Shown piece by piece: positions 8,831 through 18,034 of a DNA stretch of 64,000 nt. The notes beneath the pieces were generated by a model, which saw nothing but the letters and a program-made list of their open reading frames with translations, did not search any database and was not told where the DNA came from. The position numbers and the translations under genes are program-made. This stretch comes from Candidatus Methylomirabilota bacterium (GTDB lineage Bacteria > Methylomirabilota > Methylomirabilia > Rokubacteriales > CSP1-6), in contig JBKPAK010000013.1 in assembly GCA_046726415.1 (NCBI GenBank), positions 8,330 to 72,329 on the forward strand, given 5' to 3'. Numbering within the stretch: the first letter of the stretch is position 1; the number at the start of each line of letters is the position of its first letter.

Positions 8831-10057
8831 ATGTCCAGGAGAGCGAGGATCCTTCAATTGTGCCTTGGCGTTGTGATGCTGTGTATCATGTCGAATCCCG
8901 CTGTTGCAGCCTCTGTTACCGCCACCAGTTGCTCGTCGTCGGCCGTGCAAGCCGCCATTGATTCCGCTAGCGCCGGGGATACAGTTCAGGTGCCGGCCGG
9001 AGCCTGCACTTGGAGCACTGCCGTCACGATTCCGGCCACTAAGAAGATCACATTGGCCGGCGCCGGAATGAACTCGACTGTGATCACGCGCTCTCCGGCC
9101 GGGGTCGCTATCAACATGACCACATCGGGGTCTCGGGTGACGGCTATGGGGTTTGTTGAGGGCGGTATGCAGGTGGATGGAGACGATTGGCGCGTCGATA
9201 ATACGAAGGTGACCAGCTCGTCCGCGTTCTTCGATGGCGTGCATGCCAGAGGAGATCGACGGGGCACGCATCCAAGAGGGGTCGTCGATCATAACGTGTT
9301 CGTGAATGCGAAGGTCTTGGTAATTGGCGACGCGGTCCTCGCAGCCCATGCTCTGTGGTCCCAGCCCTCGCCGTTGCTTGGCTCGCCGCAACGGGTGTTC
9401 ATCGAGGACAACACGTTCACAGGAACTAGGTGGACTAGTGCTGTAGATACCAATTACGGCGGGAGCTTTGTGTTTCGACACAACACCTTGACGAACATGT
9501 ATATCGAAGTACACTCGCTCCAGCAGGGTCGTGCCTCGAGAAGCTGGGAAATCTATAACAATACCCAGGACGCGCCGACAGCGGGCATCATGTGGACGCC
9601 GATGTTCATTCGCGGTGGGACTGGTGTGATCTACAACAACACTGTCACGGGGGCCTGGACGCAGCCTAAGATCACCCTGGACAACATTCGGAGCTTCTTG
9701 ACCGGTTATGACTACGGTGTCTGCGATGGCAGGTCGGCGGCAGACGGTAACCAGCTCGCGAACGGCTGGCCGTGTCGAGACCAGATCGGACGAGGGAAAG
9801 ATAGCGCCCTTTGGACGACTTCAAATCCGTATCCGCCGCAAGCGTCGGAGCCGGCCTACTTCTGGAACAATACCATCCAGGGGGGCGGGGCTCTGGGCGT
9901 GTCCATTCACAACAACTGTGATGCCTGGATCGTGTCAGGTCGTGACTACTTCAATGATACTGCACGGCCGGACTATACGCCGTATCCGTATCCCCATCCA
10001 TTGGTGTCCGGGGGAGGCGGGCCACCTCGCGCGCCGACGGGTCTGACCGTCCGGTAG
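8831..10057 (+). CDS. Secreted right-handed parallel beta-helix (pectate-lyase-like) protein
   Basis: Signal peptide ending AVA-A, VQAAIDSASAGDTVQVPAG cap motif, repeated N-ladder strands (VFIEDNTF, VFRHNTL, EIYNNT, VIYNNT), C-terminal YTPYPYPHPL. Confidence 0.82.
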   Translation: MSRRARILQLCLGVVMLCIMSNPAVAASVTATSCSSSAVQAAIDSASAGDTVQVPAGACTWSTAVTIPATKKITLAGAGMNSTVITRSPAGVAINMTTSGSRVTAMGFVEGGMQVDGDDWRVDNTKVTSSSAFFDGVHARGDRRGTHPRGVVDHNVFVNAKVLVIGDAVLAAHALWSQPSPLLGSPQRVFIEDNTFTGTRWTSAVDTNYGGSFVFRHNTLTNMYIEVHSLQQGRASRSWEIYNNTQDAPTAGIMWTPMFIRGGTGVIYNNTVTGAWTQPKITLDNIRSFLTGYDYGVCDGRSAADGNQLANGWPCRDQIGRGKDSALWTTSNPYPPQASEPAYFWNNTIQGGGALGVSIHNNCDAWIVSGRDYFNDTARPDYTPYPYPHPLVSGGGGPPRAPTGLTVR

Positions 10058-10147
10058 GGATCGCGGTCGCGAAGCGGCGCGCGGTACTCCAGCTGGGGCC
10101 CCTGGGCGAGCCGGCGCGGCAGCTCGGAGCACGCGCTTCTAGGTCCT

Positions 10148-11323
10148 TCACCTAAAGCCTGTCTGAGACGGGCTTGCCGAGACGTTGAATTGGTGCCCGA
10201 GGAAGGCTGCCACAGTTTCGCCTATCACCCTGTAACCGTTCGTGGCGGGGTGCATATCGCGGTCGCTCTTGGTGTAAATCTGATCTGCGCTCTTACTCCT
10301 CAAGGCGGGGAGCGTGTCCACGTATGGAATCTTGGCCTGGTCGAGGAATTCCAGCAAGCGTTGTCTGGCTTCTCGCTCGTTGTTCACGAGGTCGGCGACC
10401 ACCTCTTTTAAAGGGAGGTAGGGATCGCGCAAGAGATGGTCCGTAAAGACCGTCTCTTTTGTGGGAATCAGGACCACCACCAGCTGGCAGCCATTCTCGT
10501 GGCATGCGTGGTTCATCAGCGCCAGCAGCTCAAACGTGATGCGCATACCCTCACGCACGGCGGCATTGCTCTGATCCAATCTGGCCCGGATTCCTATCGG
10601 ACGAAACGCCTCGTGAATCCTTGGGTTCTCAAGGATTAGAGACGTTACTGCCCCATCAGCCTGTGCGGCTCGACGAATCTGCAGGGCGCCCTTGAGGGGA
10701 CCCAGCACGGGGCCGTGAACAATAAGCTGATAGATGACGCTATTGCGGGAAAGCCACGTCCGGAATCTCTGAGACCCGCCGGGACTCTCGGTCGTAGAGG
10801 GCCAAATATTCGCGTCAACGCGATCCCAACTGCCCTTTCTCAGAAAAGACCAGTAGTCCTTTCCATACGTCATTAGGAAGGCGTTCTCGAAGTCGTCGCC
10901 CATATAGAGGCCACAGAGGACCCAACGCGGCTTCAGCTTGAGCGCGGAGGTCTTAAGCAGATGGTAATACTGATTCGGCCCGTAACCGCCGAGGCTGAGG
11001 CTGTAAACGCGTTCCCCCGTCAGACGCGCCAGCACAGAGGGCCAAGAGGCGGACATCGTCGCGTTATTCCCGTAGGTGTGGGAGTCGCCGATGGCCACGA
11101 TGTCGGCGGTCGAGGGCACGCCGAGGTTTCTGAATCCCCACTCATCGAAACCTACCGTCCCAGGGGCGACTCTGATTCCCAGTATGTCGTCCGGCGCGGT
11201 CGTGACCGACAGATAGTCCGCTGGGTTCAGGAGCATGTGGGCGCCCGCCTCACTCAGGAGAAGACCCATGGTGAGGGAGATGAGCATGACCCCGGCATTG
11301 GTGATAATCCGCTTGATTCGCAT
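10148..11323 (-). CDS. Membrane-anchored SGNH/GDSL protein (AlgJ/AlgX/DltD-like acyl-transfer fold)
   Basis: N-terminal TM, AIGDSHTYG (Ser block), SLSLGGYGPNQY, DRDMHPATNGY (DxH block). ATG at 11323. Confidence 0.85.
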   Translation of the reverse strand: MRIKRIITNAGVMLISLTMGLLLSEAGAHMLLNPADYLSVTTAPDDILGIRVAPGTVGFDEWGFRNLGVPSTADIVAIGDSHTYGNNATMSASWPSVLARLTGERVYSLSLGGYGPNQYYHLLKTSALKLKPRWVLCGLYMGDDFENAFLMTYGKDYWSFLRKGSWDRVDANIWPSTTESPGGSQRFRTWLSRNSVIYQLIVHGPVLGPLKGALQIRRAAQADGAVTSLILENPRIHEAFRPIGIRARLDQSNAAVREGMRITFELLALMNHACHENGCQLVVVLIPTKETVFTDHLLRDPYLPLKEVVADLVNNEREARQRLLEFLDQAKIPYVDTLPALRSKSADQIYTKSDRDMHPATNGYRVIGETVAAFLGHQFNVSASPSQTGFR

Positions 11324-11339
11324 GGCGGGAGGGTGCTCC

Positions 11340-11770
11340 TGGTTACGGTGCAGCGTGGTGTGAAGAGGCGGCGCCAAGTGAGCGATGCGTTCGGCAGAAT
11401 GACAAGAGCCGTTCGCGCTGCCTGACGACCGCAGTCGCTCAAGGCGCCGGTGGCCATGTGAAACTGCCCCAGAAGCTGGACATCCTGTCCATGCGTCCCG
11501 CCAAGACGGCGCTTGAAATGGTACGTGCCGGGAGTGGCAGCAGGGACCGGTCGAGATCATAATTCACGAAGCCTTGCTCTTTCAGCCAGCGGACGAAAGT
11601 CCACTGAATGAGGTACGACGCGTTGGTCGTCAGGCCGCCGTCAGTCGTGGCTCTGCAGATGTAGACGCGCCAATAGCAAAGAAGATCGCGCCCGGCGCAG
11701 AGCGTACCGTTGAGGCAGCAGAGAATCACTCTCAGCTTGCGCGCTGCCGGGAAACCGCGCTTGAACGAGC
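11340..11770 (-). pseudogene. Frameshifted 3' remnant of a FemAB/GNAT-family gene
   Basis: KLRVILCCLNGTLCAG..ATTDGGLTTNASYLIQWTFVRWLKEQGFVNYDLD then, in a shifted frame, TPGTYHFKRRLGG parallels the intact 16160-17254 protein (KMKVILGLSNGQPSAG..ATADTGLRNKAAYAVQWRVIEWLK..YDL..NPGVYSFKVGLSG); cut at the IS21 left end. Confidence 0.75.
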
Positions 11771-11881
11771 TGCCCTCGGTGGACAGGCAAAACCCGCCAG
11801 TCGTGGACACCTGAAACCGGCCAGTGAGGTAGCAGCCCCAGGACGTTGACGCGGCGGAAGCCGATGTGGTTCCCCGCCGGG

Positions 11882-13355
11882 ATGGCCAACATCTCGGGAG
11901 ACGGTGAGAGGCAACAGATTCTCGCTCTGGGACGGCTCGGCTGGCCGCTCCGCCGCATCGAACAGGCGACCGGGGATCCGGCGGCGAGATGGCGAGTGCC
12001 TACCGCAAGGCCGCTGGGATCGCGATCCGGGTCCCCCGCCAGCGCCAGCCGCCGCCAAATCCGGCCAGTCAGGTGTCCACCGAGCTGGCAAACCCGGCCA
12101 GTGAGATCCTATGAAGGCAAGGAAGAGCGGGCCGCTGCTGGTAAGCTCCTTCAACCTTGTTCGCCCAAACGAGGGAGAGAGGAGCCAAGACGATGACCAG
12201 AGCGACCCGCCGCGCCGAGTATACCGGACCCACCGCGCCGTGCCTGTACCTGGCGTTCGAGTTAGGGATCGCCGAATGGAAGCTCGGGTTCGCGACCGAC
12301 CCGGGTGCGAAACCACAGGTGCGGGCGATGCCGGGGCGCGATCTCGAGCGGCTGACGAGGGAGATCGTGGAAGCCAAGAAATGGTTTGGCTTGCCGTCGG
12401 GCACCCCGGTGCGGAGTTGCTACGAGGCGGGGCGCGACGGCTTCTGGCTACACCGGTACTTGACCTCAGTCGGAATTGAAAACGCCGTGGTGGACTCGTC
12501 GAGTATCGAGGTGAATCGACGGCTGCGGCGAGCGAAGTCGGACCGGCTAGACGTCCGCAAGTTAGTCGGAATGCTGCTGCGCCACCACGCGGGCGAGCGC
12601 AATGTCTGGAGCGTCGTGCGAGTGCCGACCGAGGAGGAGGAGGATCGGCGCCAGCTGCATCGCGAGCTCCGGACGTTGAAGAAGGAACGCACTCGGGTGA
12701 CGAACCGGGTGAAGGGCCTGCTGGCGAGCCACGGCGTCCGGCTGCCGAAGGGCCTGGCCGTCCGATCCGCGCTGGAGACGGTGCGCCTGTGGGACGGCTC
12801 GCCCTTGCCGGCGGCGCTGCGGGCACGGTTGGAGCGGGAACGGGAGCACCGCCGGCGCCTACTACGCGCCCCCACCGGGCTGGCTGGGGCGCGCGGTCGC
12901 CGTCCAGTGGGATGAGCATCACGTCCGCTTGCTCGATCACACGACCGGCACGCTCCTCCGCGAACACCCGCGCCAGCCTCGCGGGCGCCACGCGATCCAT
13001 CCCGCCGATCGGCCCTGCGCACGCCGCCGACCACGCTGGCCCTGCTGGCCCGGGCCGCGCGGGCCGGCGCCGCCATCGGCACCTCTGTGAGGCCATCCAC
13101 CGCCGTGATGGCGAGCCCGGCGTGCGCCGCATCCTCGGCGTCCTCGCCCTCGTGCGCAAGCACGGCGCCGTCGTGGTCACGGAGGCCGGCGCCGCCTTGG
13201 AGTTCGGGGTCGCCGACTACCGCTTCGTCCGCCGCTATCTCGAGCGGCACCCGGCGGGGCCCCTCACCCTGCGGCAGGTCGATCTGCTCATCCGGGAGCT
13301 CACCCACTACCGCGACGTCATCGCGCGGAAAACCCAGGAGGTCCCCATGCCATGA
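11882..13355 (+). pseudogene. istA: IstA transposase, interrupted and lacking its DDE core
   Basis: N-terminus MANISGDGERQQILALGRLGWPLRRIEQATG; C-terminal part resumes near 12851 as AGAYYAPPPGWLGRAVAVQWDEHHVRLLDHTTGTLLREH and, after a frameshift, LCEAIHRRDGEPGVRRILGVLAL..LRQVDLLIRELTHYRDVI. Confidence 0.82.
12102..12850 (+). mobile_element. Truncated IS110-family element (non-coding left end plus N-terminal RuvC/DEDD part of recombinase, ATG 12193)
   Basis: LYLAFELG..WKLGF..SCYEAGRDGFWLHRYL..VVDSSSIEVNRRLRRAKSDRLD..RQLHRE; the C-terminal Tnp_20 domain is missing. Confidence 0.9.
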
Positions 13356-14101
13356 ACCTCGTCGAACGACAACGCGCCCTGCGGCAGCTCCGCTGCTCTG
13401 GCATGGCCGGCGGTCTCGAGGCCTGTCTGCTCGAAGCCCAGGCCGAGAAACTGGCCCCCATCGATTTCCTTGCCCGCCTCGTCCTGGACGAACTCCTCCG
13501 CCACCAGAATCGCCTTCTCGAGCGCCGCGTGAAGCAGGCGGGCTTCCGCGACGCGGACAAGCGCCTCGACACGTTCGACTTCGAGTTCAACAAGAAGATG
13601 AACCGCGCCCTCGTCTTCGAGCTGACCACCGCGCGCTGGATCACCCAGCGCCAGGACGCCTTGTTCCTCGGGGCGCCGGGCGTGGCGAAATCCCGCCTGG
13701 CCATCGGCCTCGGCCTCAAAGCCATTGAGCACGGCCATCGCGTGTTGTTCGCCACCGCCACCGACCTCATCACCGCCCTCACGCGCGCCGCCAGCCACGG
13801 CCGCCTGGACGAGCACCGTCCCCCGACTGCTCATCATCGATGAGATCGGCTATCTCACCGATCGACCGCGCCGGAGCCAACTTGTTCTTCCAGCTCATTA
13901 GCCGTCGGCCCCATGATCCTCACCAGCAACCAGAGCTTTGCGAGCTGGGGCGAGGTCTTCGGGGACCGGATCATCGCGACCGCAATCCTCGATCGGGTCT
14001 TCCATCACGCCATCACGGTGAACATCCGCGGCAATTGCTACCGGCGGAAGGACAAGCTCAAAGCCGGTCTTGTCAAGCCGAGCGAGGCCACCACTACTTG
14101 A
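13352..14101 (+). pseudogene. istB: IstB ATPase helper, frameshifted
   Basis: LDTFDFEFN, degenerate Walker A GAPGVAKS, LLIIDEIGY, MILTSNQSFASWGEVFGDRIIATAILDRVFHH spread across three frames. Confidence 0.9.
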
Positions 14102-14304
14102 CCCGGGAGGTGGGAAAAACGATCCTGTCCGCGCTCATTTCTGCACCGGAAAATAGCTAAGCTAGGCCCAAACCACTTGGTAGAGCCTGTCGAGGAGCGG
14201 CGCGTGCCCTCGTGCCCGTCGAGTTACTTCGACGGCGAGCAGGTGAGCATCAACGCTCCACCCAGGGTCAGGACGGAGGTGTTGGCCTCGAAGGACGAGT
14301 GCCT

Positions 14305-15687
14305 TCAAGACCGCGTGGTTCCTGCAGGGTACGACCGGGGCCCCGCCACGAGCGTGGTAACCGGGGTCCGCGGAAGGGCGCGATAGTCCATGAGGGCGAA
14401 GACGGTGGCGAGCCAGAGGATGCTCAGCTTGTTGAATGACGCCTCGCTGAAGTTGTGAATGATGGCCAGGATGATCAGCACGAACCGGAGGGCGCCGTCG
14501 GGTGCGCGGCGCACCGATGCCCCTCTGGCCTGACGGTAGCCGGCGATCAGCAAGAGTGCCAGGAGACCAACGCCAACCAGACCGCCGTTCAGGTACGTCT
14601 CGAGATAGCCATTGTGGGCCTGAATGATTCCGCCCACGCTGTCGTGCAACTGCACCAGCCGCTGCCCAGCCCAAAAACTGTTGAAACCCGCGCCCACTAG
14701 CGGATTGTCCTGGTACCTGAGCAGAATGGGCCAGATCTCGGTGCGAGTGGTCAGAGTCATATCCCGCCCCAGGCTCCGGACAAAGGCTTCCTTGATGGCG
14801 AAGAAGGAGTCGAATATCCATAAGGCGAGAATCGCTCCCAGGCCATAGGCTTCGACTCGCCAGAGGCTCTGTCGCGCTGAGGGTCGAGCAAGTGCAAGGA
14901 GGAGTACGGTTCCAAGGATAGCGCACACCAGGGACGTGGCACTGTCGGCTATGATCAGAAGATACCACGACATCAGCAGCACGGAGGCGCGTCCGACCCA
15001 TAGGGTCTTGGCCGCGACGCCTCGCGGCAAGCCGCTTGCCTGCCAAAGGTCCCAGAGTAGGAACAGGCTGGCCACGAGGGCGAGCATGCCCAGGCTGTTT
15101 TTTTGCGTGGTCACGCCAACGTACATTAATTCGTTGAGGTTATAGCCCACGTAGACACGGCCCAAGTCCGGAAAATAACGAATGAGGACCACTGAAGTGG
15201 GGACACAGATGTAGGCAGCCCTCACGAAGGCCGCCTTAACAGCTTCGGCCGGATCGCGACCGGTCAAAAGCACCAGCGTCATAACAACATTGCCGAGATC
15301 CTTGACTATTCGTTTGACGGTGATCAAGGGATAGTCTGACCAGAGAACGCTCATGAGCCAGAAAAGGTAGAATATTGCCAACCATCGATTGTCATCCAGG
15401 ACTGCCGACGGATGAATATGCCGTCTGATGAGGACAATCAGCCCTATCACAATCAGAGACATATAGATGATCGCCTCAACCGCATGGCCCTCGTCGTAGG
15501 ATTGAAGTGAGTCACTGACTTGGCCTGGGTCGGCGAACCAACTCGTGACCGAACGTGAGGCATAGATCACCGCCCACGTCACGACGACCCACGTGGTCGG
15601 GGACACGGAGGGGCGCGCCCGGGCGTCAGCATACAGAAGCCAGGCAATGCCAAGGCTCGCTGCGAGGAGGGCGAAGTTTCCAGTCAT
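14305..15687 (-). CDS. wzy: O-antigen ligase/polymerase family membrane protein (likely Wzy)
   Basis: About 10-12 TMs, GVTTQKNSLG, ADSATS, LTTRTEIW, PLVGAGFNSFW, AHNGYLE. Confidence 0.85.
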   Translation of the reverse strand: MTGNFALLAASLGIAWLLYADARARPSVSPTTWVVVTWAVIYASRSVTSWFADPGQVSDSLQSYDEGHAVEAIIYMSLIVIGLIVLIRRHIHPSAVLDDNRWLAIFYLFWLMSVLWSDYPLITVKRIVKDLGNVVMTLVLLTGRDPAEAVKAAFVRAAYICVPTSVVLIRYFPDLGRVYVGYNLNELMYVGVTTQKNSLGMLALVASLFLLWDLWQASGLPRGVAAKTLWVGRASVLLMSWYLLIIADSATSLVCAILGTVLLLALARPSARQSLWRVEAYGLGAILALWIFDSFFAIKEAFVRSLGRDMTLTTRTEIWPILLRYQDNPLVGAGFNSFWAGQRLVQLHDSVGGIIQAHNGYLETYLNGGLVGVGLLALLLIAGYRQARGASVRRAPDGALRFVLIILAIIHNFSEASFNKLSILWLATVFALMDYRALPRTPVTTLVAGPRSYPAGTTRS

Positions 15688-15827
15688 AGTACTCTGGTGC
15701 CCCGCGACCAAGACGGCGGTCGCCCGAGGGCCATCGCGAGGAGCGGCGCTAGTCGTAGAGGTATGTTGCTGCTACCAGGTTGAGCTTCATGGTGGCCAGG
15801 ATCTTCCTGGCGTGATAGCAGAGTCTC

Positions 15828-16163
15828 CTAGTGTCATCTCTCTGAGATAAGTTTGCTATTAGACGAGACCGCGGTGCCCATGGTGAAGACGTGGCCCCAG
15901 GGAGCATCCGCGCTTTCACTTTTACTTCACCCCAACTGGCCACGCCTGGCTGAGTCTCGCCGGGCGCTTCGTCACCGAGATTCCGCGCAAACGCCTTCGA
16001 CGCGGCACCTTCCGGAGCGCGCCGGCGCTGATCGCCGCCATTCGCAGCTACGTCTGCTAACATAAACGGAGATCCCCGGCCCTTCAGCCTGAAGGCCTCG
16101 GGCCTCATCGATCTTGTACGAGATCAAACGGTATGAAGAAGCTTATTAGAGAGAGGACACTAG
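15828..16163 (+). mobile_element. Internally deleted IS630-family element (MITE-like, 336 bp)
   Basis: Terminal inverted repeats CTAGTGTCATCTCTCT / CTAGTGTCCTCTCTCT (15 of 16 identical); interior encodes the IS630 C-terminus HPRFHFYFTPTGHAWLSLAGRFVTEIPRKRLRRGTFRS. Confidence 0.88.
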
Positions 16164-17254
16164 CTAGCTAGGGGGGTGCATATCTGCCCGAGAATGCTTT
16201 TCATGCGATCGCGCTGCGCCTTGACGACATCGGCGAGTTGCAAGAGGAGCTTGCCCCGGAGGCCGCGATAGGCATCAAAGTCGCCGGGAGACTCGACTTC
16301 CTCCCCGTTCTTACCGGACAGACCGACCTTGAAGGAATACACGCCAGGATTTACTTTGCTGTTGACCCCGTGCAGATCATACTCGGTGCAGCTGATGGAT
16401 TTGAGCCACTCTATGACACGCCATTGGACGGCATACGCGGCCTTATTGCGAAGGCCGGTGTCGGCGGTCGCGCCGAAAAGATACACGCCGCGGCGTCCGA
16501 TGGCGCTGCAGATCGCGCCGGCAGATGGCTGACCATTCGAGAGCCCTAGGATAACTTTCATCTTGTGGCCGGCGGGGAGCATGCCCTGAATGGCCAGGAA
16601 AGCCCGGATGTTGCCGGGCTCGGCGAGGCGTTTCCTGGCTAACATCTGCCTGTACATCGGCAGGAAGAGATCGAACATTGCGTCATCGGAACCATCCACT
16701 AGGGTAAGGTCGTTCTTCTCAGCCCGGTTTAGGCAATTACGCCACTTCTGATCTAGGCCTTTGCGCAACTCGTCGAGCGATCGGTCTAGGCGAATGAGGA
16801 TGGTGCGAGGGCGCGGCTTGGACGGCGCATGCGCGTAGCCCTCGGCGAGGAAGTGTGGGACGTAGTCCGGGCCGGCGCCATCGGCGAACTGGGGACTGAT
16901 CCTCAACGCGATGCCCCGGTTGACGGCGTACTCCTGCCGGAGGAGTCTGATGGCCTCCCGCAGAACGTTGAGGTCGTGGTCGCCGTTCTGGCGTTGCCAA
17001 AGCGGTGCGCGGGGAACATAGGCGATGCAGCTGCCGAGGAGCGGCACGCGGATGAGGCGGATTTGCGCCGCCGCGACGACCTCGGACCCTCGGCGGAGAA
17101 GGAAGTGCTCGAGGCTTGACGATGGGGACATGGCGGTGAAGAAAGGAATTGTCTGAAAGATGCTGGCGTCGTGGAAGCCATCGAGAACGCGGTGCCAGTG
17201 CTCCTGGTCCAGCGTCTGGATAGTATGTGAGAGCGTACAGTATTGGGCGCGCAT
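16160..17254 (-). CDS. FemAB/FemX-like tandem GNAT acyl/aminoacyl transferase
   Basis: ASIFQT, AYVPRAPLW, TILIRLDRSLDELRKGLDQKWRNCLNRAEK, YLFGAT, YAVQWRVIEW, GVYSFK. Confidence 0.88.
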   Translation of the reverse strand: MRAQYCTLSHTIQTLDQEHWHRVLDGFHDASIFQTIPFFTAMSPSSSLEHFLLRRGSEVVAAAQIRLIRVPLLGSCIAYVPRAPLWQRQNGDHDLNVLREAIRLLRQEYAVNRGIALRISPQFADGAGPDYVPHFLAEGYAHAPSKPRPRTILIRLDRSLDELRKGLDQKWRNCLNRAEKNDLTLVDGSDDAMFDLFLPMYRQMLARKRLAEPGNIRAFLAIQGMLPAGHKMKVILGLSNGQPSAGAICSAIGRRGVYLFGATADTGLRNKAAYAVQWRVIEWLKSISCTEYDLHGVNSKVNPGVYSFKVGLSGKNGEEVESPGDFDAYRGLRGKLLLQLADVVKAQRDRMKSILGQICTPLAS

Positions 17255-17269
17255 GGGATCGCCTAGGAG

Positions 17270-18034
17270 CTAGCCGTCGGTACTAGCCAGAACGATGGTG
17301 TGCGACTGAGAGAACGAGGGGAGGGCTCGTGAGCACCTCTCAAGGGCGACGAAGGTGGATAGCGGCAGCCGGGTGAACGCGCGGGCGGCTAAGGTGTTCC
17401 AGCGGCCGCGCGACAGGCTGAGGGCCAGTTGGTCGGAGCGGCGCGCAACGGCCTCCAGGGTGCTCACGATCCGAAGGTGCAAGACCTGGAAGGCAATGAT
17501 GCGAAACTCTGTGCGGACGAGGTCCAACAACTGGTCCGGCGAGAAGTATGGGGCATGGGAGATGAGGGAAGAGAACACCGCATATCCCCCCTTCCGGAGG
17601 AGCCCGCGTATTGAAGCGAGAGCACGCGCACGTTCTTCACTCTCCAAGTAGTACAGGACCTCGAGACAAACGGCGAGGTCGAACGGAGCCTGATGCCATG
17701 CCCCCAGGGAAAGGATGGAATCTCGAGCGAAGGTGATATGAGGGAATCGGCGGCGGGCCCTCTCGACAGCGGTCTGGACGAAGTCGACACCCAACAATAC
17801 GCTGAGACTGGGCATGCTCCTGGAGAGTAAGGCGGTGAAGTCACCAGTGGCGCAGCCGATGTCGATGGCGCGAACCAGCGGTTGGGGCACACGTTCGAGG
17901 AGCTTGAGGACGCCACGATAGCGAAGTGCCTGCGAAGGACGCCAAGTGAGGCCCCAGGGGTCATCGGTCGCGTTATGATATTGAGTGGTAAACCATTCCA
18001 GACTACCGTAGCTGGTGGGCGTCGGAGATGTCAC
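17270..18034 (-). CDS. Class I SAM-dependent methyltransferase, NodS-like
   Basis: DDPWG, AIDIGCATG, GVDFV, FDLAVCLEVLYYL. Confidence 0.85.
   Translation of the reverse strand: MTSPTPTSYGSLEWFTTQYHNATDDPWGLTWRPSQALRYRGVLKLLERVPQPLVRAIDIGCATGDFTALLSRSMPSLSVLLGVDFVQTAVERARRRFPHITFARDSILSLGAWHQAPFDLAVCLEVLYYLESEERARALASIRGLLRKGGYAVFSSLISHAPYFSPDQLLDLVRTEFRIIAFQVLHLRIVSTLEAVARRSDQLALSLSRGRWNTLAARAFTRLPLSTFVALERCSRALPSFSQSHTIVLASTDG

Larger units (their letters stand above)
11771..14116 (+). mobile_element. Defective IS21-family element (istA/istB) carrying a nested IS110 fragment
   Basis: Left end starts TG with tandem GGACA..AAACC(C/G)GCCAGT repeats (11771-11828); istA and istB remnants follow; right end not clearly preserved, so the end coordinate is approximate. 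Confidence 0.85.

Noticed and set aside
11771-12105. CRISPR-like array from the repeated CCGGCCAGT motif
   Set aside because: Repeats are short and irregularly spaced, are explained by IS21 ends and istA coding, and there are no cas genes.
13800-13920. Programmed frameshifting in istB
   Set aside because: Multiple indels, small deletions and a damaged Walker A indicate decay rather than recoding.
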